Assembly: GCA_964016885.1 (NCBI GenBank)
Contig: OZ024748.1
Coordinates: 44,268,001-44,332,000, forward strand
Direction: 5' to 3'
From: Eledone cirrhosa
Taxonomy: Eukaryota
DNA: 64,000 nucleotides
The translations under genes and the position numbers were made by a program. Of this stretch, positions 54,681 to 64,000 are shown one piece after another (the stretch's first letter is position 1; each line of letters opens with the position of its first letter). The notes beneath the pieces are model-generated. The model was not told the DNA's origin and searched no databases. It saw only the letters and a program-made list of their open reading frames with translations.

Positions 54681-55557
54681 CAGGGTGCGGACGATATTTG
54701 TTCTCAAGATTATTGTCTAGGAAAAAATAACACAGTAGGTTTTATTTTTTTAAGATATATTTATCAAACTTGGGTCAGTTTGTCTTCATGACTTGTTCTT
54801 TCGATCTCTCTCGATAAACACGCCATTGGCTTTGATGGCGGCCTCGGAACCGGCTACAGGCCTTCGTCACTGTCCCCCGACTTAGGCCCCTAAAGGCACT
54901 TGTGATCCTGGCCTTCAGATCATCTTTCGTATTGCAACTAGATCTGTTGGTGTCTCGTTCCACTGCGCCCCACACAAAGAAGTCGAGGGGGTTGCAGTCA
55001 GGCGAGCTGGGAGGCCAGATGTTAGGTGAAGTGTGGTCGACGAAGTTCTCTGACAGCCAGGCTTGGGTCTTTCGGCTGGTATGGCAGGGGGCTGAGTCTT
55101 GCTGTCATACGTACGGCCTACCTGCAGCTACCTGGTCGATCCAGGGCTTTACTACCTCGCTCAGAATGCGGATGTAACCATAGGTGTTCAGCTTGAAGCC
55201 CTCAGGGAAGAACTTGGGCGTTCTGAAGGCGTCAGATCGTCGATTTTCTTCTCTGATGTTGCTTTGTAGTCGAATCCTGAATCTTCCAATTCCTTTCTGA
55301 CCTTTTCCACCATTCTCCTGCTAACGCTGAGAAAGTCTGAAATTTCCTTATTTGTCCCCCCGGTGCGGATTCCAAGAAGAACTTTGTGTCTCTTCCACAA
55401 ATTTGGAGGTTCAAAATTATTCATAATCAATTATTCTGAAAATAAATAATGGAAATATAGTCACTGTTTTTATGAAGACAAGAGTGACAACGGAAGTAAA
55501 AAAAATTTGCATAAAATTAGCAGTTGAAAATTGCGAACAAATATCGTCCACACCCTG
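54681..55557 (-). mobile_element. Internally deleted DD37D (maT-type) Tc1/mariner transposon
   Basis: TIRs CAGGGTG(C/T)GGACGATATTTGTTC with TA flanks. Minus strand has an N-terminal HTH-like fragment and YV*QQDSAPCH...WPPSSPDCNPLDFFVWG; 37 residues counted between the last two catalytic Asp. Confidence 0.9.
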
Positions 55558-55570
55558 TATATATATATAT

Positions 55571-57152
55571 AGCAAAAATATTCTAGACAGGGTAATACAA
55601 CAAATTAAAAACTTACCTAATTTATCTTATGGATAGGGAGTAGTGAGGTTATCGATTGGTTTAAAGAAATTAAATATAACTATGATAATAAGTTTATTCA
55701 GCTGGATATTGCTAACTACTATTCATCTATCACTCCTAATCTACTGAATAAGGCACTAAATTACGCATTTAAACATACAGACCTAACTAGCAATGAAATG
55801 CACATTATATTATCGGCAAGGAAAACATTGATAGAATTTAATAACCAACTCTGGACTAGGGCAGATAGAAATAATAATTTCGACATAACTATGGGATCAT
55901 CAGACTCAGCTCAGGTAACGGACCTTGTGGGCCTATTTATAATTAATTCGCTACATAGAAAAATACCAGGTGTAACCGGAGGCTTATATCGTGATGACAT
56001 GCTTTTACTTATACAAAATAATAGCTGTGAACTAAATAGAAAAAGAAAACAAATTATACAATTTTTTAATTACCTTAACCTAAAAGTAGAAATAGAGAAT
56101 AACCATAAAATAGTCAATTTTCTTGACGTAACACTAAATCTCAACACATGTCTTCATTATCCATTTCACAAACTAAATGAGAGCTTGAATTATGTTAATT
56201 TTAACTCTAATCACCCCAGATCTGTTAAAAATACCATAGTGAACTCTGTTCAAGAAAGAATTTCAAGAATTTCATCTAATAAAATTATATTTGATGAAAA
56301 AGCGCAGTACTACAACGAAGCGTTAGGTAGAGCTGGATATAGAAATAAAATTAAATACATTGATAATAATAATAATAAGCAAACTAACCAAAATAATAAC
56401 AATTTTAATTATAGTAACAACTATAATAGAAAACATTACAATAATTCCAAAAGCCGAAAAAGAAATAGAACTAGAAATATATTATGGTTTGCTCCCCCTT
56501 TCTCACTAAATATTAAAACCCCTATTGCTAAACTATTCTTTAAAGCTCTTGACAAACGCTTCCCTAGAACACATAAATATTACTCAATTTTTAATAGACA
56601 CACTATAAAATTAACTTACTCGTCCACCAAAAATTTAGCACAAAATATTAATAGAATTAATAATAGAAATTTAAAACCTAACCAAAATACCAATAATAAC
56701 CCAAGCAATATTCAATTGAATAACTGTAACTGTAGAAATAAATCTAACTGTCCGTTAAATAACAACTGCTTAGCTAAAAATGTAGTGTACAATTGTAATG
56801 TTAAAACTAATTTAAATTCATTTAACTATGTTGGTTCTACCTCTACAGAATTTAAATTTCGCTTCAATAATCATAAAAATTCTTTCACAGATCCAAACAA
56901 AAAATCTTCAACTTCGCTATCTAGCCTACTATGGGACCTAAAACGAGATAATGTTAAATATTCGATGACTTGGAATATTATTTCATAAGCTACTCCTTTT
57001 AATTCCTCTTCAGAAAATTGTGATCTTTGTATTGAAGAAATATTCTTTATATTAAAGTCCAAAAATTCCCTTAATTTAAGGAACAATTTATTCAGTTGCT
57101 GCAGACATAGATTGAACTCAACGTTTAAATATAAATATAAATTTAAAATGTA
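55571..57152 (+). pseudogene. 5'-truncated Penelope-like element ORF: RT + GIY-YIG endonuclease (possibly Naiad-like)
   Basis: FIQLDIANYYSSI, FDITMGSSDSAQV, LYRDDML, VNFLDVTL, CNC...CPL...VVY...YVGST...RFNNH; after a TAA at 56986 continues CDLCIEE...CCRHR. Confidence 0.9.
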
Positions 57153-58185
57153 GTATAATTAATTAAGATTCCTTCACCCTTTTCTTTTTAAACTTTCTTC
57201 CTAAATATAAACATAGATATAATAAACTACTCTAAAATGTCTATACTTCCAATGTCTTAAATAAAATATACGTAAGATAAATTTCTATACTAAATATAAG
57301 GATATCTGTAGAATCCTTGGGTTTTTTAAATCTTTTAAATTTTTAAATTTAAAAAAAATTTTTAAACTTTTTTAAATTTTTTAAATTTTTAAATTTTTAA
57401 ATTTTTAAATTTTTAAATTATATTGATATAATATTTATTTAACTTTTATTTTTATTTTTATTTTTATTTATTTTTATTAGTTTTGTTTTGATTCTGATAG
57501 CTTCTCATAATTTTCATAAGTCTACCCTTTCAATATCTAGATTGAAATATACGTAGGATAAATTTCTATACTAATTATATGAAACATATTATTTTAACTT
57601 AAGATACTCTATAGTGTTTTAAACATATTTAATGCTTTGATATTTTTAGAATTCGTTTGTCCTTTTGACTATACTGATATAATTGTATTTCCAAAATATA
57701 ATCCTTTGGTATTTTAAATTTATATTGTTATAATTATATTTCCAAAGTATAATCCTTAGTAATATATTGATATTTGATTATCTCTATACAAATGTGTATG
57801 TGTATTAACATGCATATAAAAGTGTTATAGGTTTTTTATGATTGTATATATGTCTGTATGTATACATGTGCGATGCGGGAAGATGCACGCAAATATTTAT
57901 TTATACATATACATGTGTATATATATGTATATCTATGTGTGTGGGTAAGAGATATGTTGCTTAACCACGCAGTTTTGATTGCAGATATGCATAATTTTAA
58001 CAGAATGTTAAATGCATGAATGGTAATCGTATATATGAAGACATGAATGTTAATCGTATATATTTATGTATATATACTGTGAACTTTTTTATAACACAAG
58101 GAATGTATAGCAGTGATTAAGAGAAATCGTCTGCGTTTTATATGTCTATATTGTTGACTTGAGTAAATATATTTTCAGGACGTGC

Positions 58186-58251
<66 letters not shown>

Positions 58252-58825
58252 GTGTCTTTGCCTAAGATACTGATTTCTCTAGCATTTTGGTTGATTAACC
58301 CAAATTTTGGTATATTGATCTCAAGTTTTAAACTAAACATGTAGTCATTATTGAACAATGTTTAATTTCTCATATTATATATTTATGTCCCATTCATGAA
58401 TATTAATATTTATATTTTTATTATTCATTTCATATAAATTGTTAACTCAACTTAATATGACATGACATAAAGTTTTCATTATTTCCCCCTCTCTCTATAT
58501 AATATTTCTCTCTCTTGAGTTTTCCTATCTGTCTGATGACTTAATATCTCTCTGTTGCTTTCCTCTGTTTTTCTTATTTCTTATTTCTTCCTTTTTTCTT
58601 TCTTTCCTCCTGTCTTTATTTATCTCTTTCTTTTTTCTCCATGCGTCTCTCTCTCTCAGATACTTCTCCACGTTTTTTTCGTTCTTTCCGTCTTTTTCTA
58701 ATTGTCCTTAACACTATGACTTATTAAAATAATATAAACAACTCACTATCCGGATGGCTTCCAAAAATAATGGTTGCATTTTAATAGGGTACGTCAAAGC
58801 TTATTTGTAAAACTGTTATATATTG

Positions 58826-58890
58826 TATTTTGTCTGATGAAGGCATACCATAATTTAATTTGGTATCCCTGAAATATGTATAATGAAATA
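58826..58890 (+). ncRNA. Type I hammerhead ribozyme downstream of the Penelope-like ORF
   Basis: TATTTTGT-CTGATGA-AGGcATACCA...TGGTATcCCT-GAAA-TATGTA-TA-ATGAAATA; AUA triplet; further pairing of 58802-58816 with 58893-58907. Confidence 0.8.
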
Positions 58891-58930
58891 AATATGGTTT
58901 TATAAATATAGTTTCCATTTATTAATATCG

Positions 58931-58966
<36 letters not shown>

Positions 58967-58972
58967 TATATA

Positions 58973-59620
58973 TCATCATCATCATCATTTTACGTCCGCT
59001 TTTCCCTGCTTGCAAGGGTGGGACGCGTCTTATTCAGCACAGCATCTCTCCACTCGTCACGGTCCTTCGTCATCTCCACCGTGAGCTTCAGTGATCTGAG
59101 GTCTGTTCTCACCACCTCCGCCCGTGTTTTTCGTGGTCTACCTCTACCACGTCTTCCTTCAACTGGCATTTCCTGGCACTTCTTCACCCATCGGTCATCC
59201 TCCATGTGCATCACATGTCCATACCACCTCAGTCTCCTCTCCCGTACACTACATTCTATCGCTCTCAGACACAGTTGCTCTCTCAACACATTTATGCTGG
59301 GTCGTTCACGCACATTTACACTGCACATCCAACGGAGCATGCTTGCCTCATTTCTCTCCAGCCGTCGCATATCCTCTGCAGTTGCTGCCCATGTCTCACT
59401 ACCATGCAGCATCGCGCTCCTCACACAGGCATCATACAACCGGCCTTTCGTACGCAGAGGAAGCAGCTCCCTAAACTTCTTCCAACCCGTCCTTATTCTA
59501 GATACTATGGCCTCGGAACACCCTCCGCCCATGCTAATTTGATCTCCTAGGTACCGGAAGCTATCCACCACTTCTATAGCGCCCTCCTGCATTTGAAAAA
59601 TGTGTCTATCAATGCGACTT
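58973..59620 (-). mobile_element. RTE subfamily C 3' fragment
   Basis: 200-aa ORF colinear with 30202-30828 apart from a small in-frame deletion. Confidence 0.9.
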
Positions 59621-59625
59621 CAATG

Positions 59626-59682
<57 letters not shown>

Positions 59683-59800
59683 CACACACACATACGACTC
59701 TATTTTAATTTATTGTAAATATAGTCACCACATTGCAGATAACTATAATAATAGTAATGTGATGTATATTTATGTCATTATCTATCCTAGTTTATATTCT

Positions 59801-59832
<32 letters not shown>

Positions 59833-59978
59833 CATTCTGTCATTACAACAGCAGAGGTCCGAGAAGCTTTTGATTCCAGAATCAGGCCAGATCGATACAG
59901 ATCAAACCTTGAGCAGATCAATAGCGAAACACGTGTCACCAATCAATAAACGTAATGAAGGCTTAACAAATCGTCCTT

Positions 59979-60009
<31 letters not shown>

Positions 60010-60010
<1 letters not shown>

Positions 60011-60205
60011 AGGGCGGTGGATTGGCAGTATCGGTAGAGAGTCGGCGCCATGTTTTCCAGCATAGTTACGTCCCTTTACTGTCTGAGTTCAAATCCTACC
60101 GAGGTTCATTTTGCCTTTCATCCTTACGGGGTCGATAAAATAAAGTACCAGTAATGTACTGGGTAATTGCTGGCCTTGTGCCAAAAGTAGAAACAATTAT
60201 TATTA
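60010..60205 (+). mobile_element. Nin/Deu-like SINE
   Basis: Same family as 44960-45147. Confidence 0.8.
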
Positions 60206-60253
60206 TAATATAATATGTAAAATTTGGCTTCGTTTATTATAAATTATAAATTT

Positions 60254-60308
60254 ACTGCTATATATATTTCGGTGACAGCTATTATTGGCTGGGACCTCTT
60301 CAGGCAGT
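60254..60308 (-). ncRNA. Type I hammerhead ribozyme
   Basis: ACTGC-CTGAAGA-GGTccCAGC...GCTGtcACC-GAAA-TATATA-TA-GCAGT; AUA triplet. Confidence 0.8.
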
Positions 60309-60667
60309 CCGAATTGGTGTGGAAAAGACAGGTACACATGTTGTTGAAGTGTGTTTCACTCTGTCAATACATCGATATGTCCAGCTCCTGGGTGTGTTGT
60401 TATTCCTCTGAGGAACTGGAATCATATACTCAAAATTTATATATACAAATATTTGTAAATATAGTCACCACATTGCAGATAAATAAAATAATATTAATGT
60501 TATGTATATATAGTAATGAAAAGGTTAATTATATCCCTACTAAGATAGTAACTTAACATATGGTTCTAATATAAAATTATGTAGAAAAAGATTTTAATCT
60601 AAACAGTATTTACAACCAGAGGCGATTTGGGGTAGGTTACTAGTTAGCGGTAATAATAATAATATTA

Positions 60668-60863
60668 GGGCTGTGGATTGGAAGAATTGGTAGAGCGTTG
60701 TACACCATGCTTTGCAGCATATAGTTATGACCCTTTATGTTCTGAATTCAAATCCTGCCGAGGTTAACTTTGCCTTTCATCCTTATGGGGTCGATAAAAT
60801 AAAGTACCAGTAATGCACTGAGTAATTGCTGGCCTTGTGCCAAAAGTAGAAACAATTATTATT
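60668..60863 (+). mobile_element. Nin/Deu-like SINE
   Basis: Same family as 44960-45147. Confidence 0.8.
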
Positions 60864-63800
60864 ATAGACAGTGTCTTTCATTAGAAATATGGTAATGAAG
60901 GGGTTAATTACATAGACAGTGTCTTTCATTAGAAATATGGTAATGAAGGGGTTAATGACATAGACAGTGTCTTTCATTAGAAATATGGTAATGAAGGGGT
61001 TAATGACATAGACAGTGTCTTTCATTAGAAATATGGAAATGAAAGGGTTAATGACATAGGCAGTGTCTTTCATTAGAAATATGGTAATGAAAGGGTTAAT
61101 GACATAGACAGTGTCTTTCATTAGAAATATGGAAATGAAAGGGTTAATGACATAGGCAGTGTCTTTCATTAGAAATATGGTAATGAAGGTGTTAATGACA
61201 TAGACAGTGTCTTTCATTAGAAATATGGTAATGAAGGGGTTAATGACATAGACAGTGTCTTTCATTAGAAATATGGTAATGAAAGGGTTAAAGACATATG
61301 TAGTGTCTTTCATTAGAAATATGGTAATGAAAGGGTTAAAGACAGACAGTGTCTTTCATTAGAAATATGGTAACAAAAGGGTTAAAGACATAGACAGTGT
61401 CTTTCATTAGAAATATGGTAATGAAGGGGTTAATGACATAGACAGTGTCTTTCATTAGAAATATGGTAATGAAAGGGTTAATGACATAGACGGTGTCTTT
61501 CATTAGAAATATGGAAATGAAAGGGTTAATGACATAGGCAGTCTCTTTCATTAGAAATATGGTAACAAAAGGGTTAAAGACATAGACAGTGTCTTTCATT
61601 AGAAATATGGTAATGAAGGGGTTAATGACATAGACAGTGTCTTTCATTAGAAATATGGTAATGAAAGGGTTAATGACATAGACAGTGTCTTTCATTAGAA
61701 ATATGATAATGAAAGGGTTAAAGACATATGTAGTGTCTTTCATTAGAAATATGTTAATGAAAGGGTTAAAGACATAGACAGTGTCTTTCATTAGAAATAT
61801 GGTAACAAAAGGGTTAAAGACATAGACAGTGTCTTTCATTAGAAATATGGTAATGAAAGGGTTAATGACATAGACAGTGTCTTTCATTAGAAATATGGTA
61901 ATGAAAGGGTTAAAGACATATGTAGTGTCTTTCATTAGAAATATGTTAATGAAAGGGTTAAAGACATAGACAGTGTCTTTCATTAGAAATATGGTAACAA
62001 AAGGGTTAAAGACATAGACAGAGTCTTTCATTAGAAATCATCATCATCATCTTCGTTTAACGTCCATTTTCCACGCTAGCATGGGTTAGACGGGAGTTGT
62101 TCCACTTGAGGCAAGGTTGGTTGGGTGATCATGTCTCGCTCATATAGGACTATCTGGCAGGTTTTCTACTGCTGGATGCCCTTCCTTACACCAACTACAT
62201 TTACAGTGTGGAACTAGGAACTTTTTACCATGTTACCTACACGGCCACATTACAGCGTGGACTGTGTGTTTTTTCTCGTGACACCTACACGATCTCATTT
62301 ATTTGGACTGAATGTTGTGGTACCAACTTTATAGAGAGAGGGTGGTGTTGGTGGGAGTGGGAGGATAGGGTAGGGGTAGTGGATTGGGGTGTATATTTGG
62401 TTAAGAGGTGCCTACTGACTGTAGGTTTCGCTTTGTACATAGAGAAGGCGGGTCTTCTGTATTACTGCGTAAGGCCAAAGATCTCGGTCCAGTGACATTG
62501 TCTTAGAGAGGTGCAAGTGTGTAAGGTCGGAATTTATCAGATTGTCCCAGGTTTTTCTGGGTCTACCTTCTCAGTAACTACCATCAATTTTGATCGCCCT
62601 GCACTTTTTATACAGCTGTCGTCTTTCGTGTGCATCACGTGACCATACCAACGTAATCTTCTCTCGAGTAAACATCATCTGATCCCTCTTATTCCTAATT
62701 TCTCACTTAGTTCATTTATGCTTTGCCGTTCACGTATATTACTATTACACATCCAACGGAGCATGCATGCTTCGTTCCTTTCCAGTCTACGCAGGTCCTC
62801 TGCACGTAATGCCCAAGTCTCACTGCCATGTAGCATTGCTGTTCGTATACAAGCATCATAGAATCTGACTTTCATTTTTAGAGAGAAACCTTTTGTGGCC
62901 AACAGCGGTATAAGCTCTCTGAACTTTTTCCATCCCGTTCTGACTCTGGCTACTGTACTTTCAGAACACCCTCCACCACTGCTGATTTTGTCACCCAGGT
63001 AACGGAAAGTGTCTACTATTTCTATAGAACCATCTGGGCAATAGAAGGGGCTAGTATCCTGTGGACACTTGCTACCTATTGCACCTGAGCATCGGCCACA
63101 TATAAAGTCTACGTTCTTAGATGAAATTGAATTTCTGCCTACACCTTTCCTACACACTGAGCAAGGCCATTTCCCTGAGGGTATCTGTGCCTTCTTTTCC
63201 TTTCTACAAACTAGGACCTTAGTCTTAGACAAGTTAACTTTAATGCCTTTTGATTCTAGGCCATGCTTCCATGTTTGGAATTTCTTTTCTAGTTCAGCCA
63301 TTCATTCAGCTATTAGAAATATGGTAATGAAAGGGTTAATGACATAGGTAGTGTCTTTCATTAGAAATATGGTAACAAAATGGTTAATGACATAGACAGT
63401 GTCTTTCATTAGAAATATGGTAACAAAAGGGTTAAAGACATATGTAGTGTCTTTCATTAGAAATATGGTAATGAAAGGGTTAAAGATATAGACAGTGTCT
63501 TTCATTAAAAATATGGTAATGAAAGGGTTAATGACATAGACAGTATCTTTCATTAGAAATATGGTAACAAAAGGGTTAAAGTCATAGCAGTGTCTTTCAT
63601 TAGAAATATGGTAATGAAAGGGATAATGACATAGATAGTGTCTTACATTAGAAATATGGCAATGAAAGGGTTAATGACATAGACAGTGTCTTTCATTAGA
63701 AATGTGGTAATTAAAGGGTTAAAGACATATGTAGTGTCTTTCATTAGAAATATGGTAATGAAAGGGTTAAAGACATAAACAGTGTCTTTCATTAGAAATA

Positions 63801-64000
63801 TGGTAATGAAAGGGTTAATGACATAGACAGTGTCTTTCATTAGAAATATGGTAATAAAAGGGTTAAAGACATAGACTGTCTTTCATTAGAAATATGGTAA
63901 TGAAAGGGTTAAAGATATATGCAGTGTCTTTCATTAGAAATATGGTAATGAAAGGGTTAAAGACATAGACAGTGTCTTTCATTAGAAATGTGGTAATGAA
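60864..64000. repeat. 48-bp minisatellite running off the window end, interrupted by an RTE
   Basis: Unit TAGACAGTGTCTTTCATTAGAAATATGGTAATGAAAGGGTTAATGACA. Confidence 0.97.
62039..63311 (-). mobile_element. 5'-truncated RTE LINE (subfamily A-like) with 9-bp TSD
   Basis: ORF 62675-63301 similar to the 19403 protein C-terminus; 3' UTR similar to 22634-23026; ATTAGAAAT at 62030-62038 and 63312-63320. Confidence 0.92.

Noticed and set aside
56986-56988. Selenocysteine recoding, as reported for some Naiad elements
   Set aside because: The in-frame stop is TAA, not TGA; most simply a nonsense mutation.

Overview
AT-rich, repeat-saturated eukaryotic DNA, most likely intergenic or intronic cephalopod (Octopus-like) sequence. 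The organism is inferred from the SINE/LINE repertoire, not from a search. No host protein-coding gene is supportable, and almost all ORF-track entries are microsatellite or minisatellite artefacts. The real coding sequence is transposon-derived: one apparently intact RTE LINE (APE + RT + internal PHD-like finger, 19403-22633), several truncated RTE copies from three subfamilies, a decayed CR1-type LINE, a 5'-truncated Penelope-like element (RT + GIY-YIG), a deleted DD37D Tc1/mariner element, a Merlin remnant and a CRE-like endonuclease remnant. Also present are CORE- and Nin/Deu-type tRNA SINEs, TTAA (piggyBac-type) MITEs and many tandem arrays, several of which grew out of TE sequence. The most striking signal missed by the ORF track is a set of minimal hammerhead ribozymes found by eye: eight with intact cores and about nine degenerate or partial. 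Two long foldback palindromes carry a hammerhead on each arm, and a third folds back inside a ribozyme stem. All pairings were checked manually; ribozyme activity and family names need computational and experimental confirmation.
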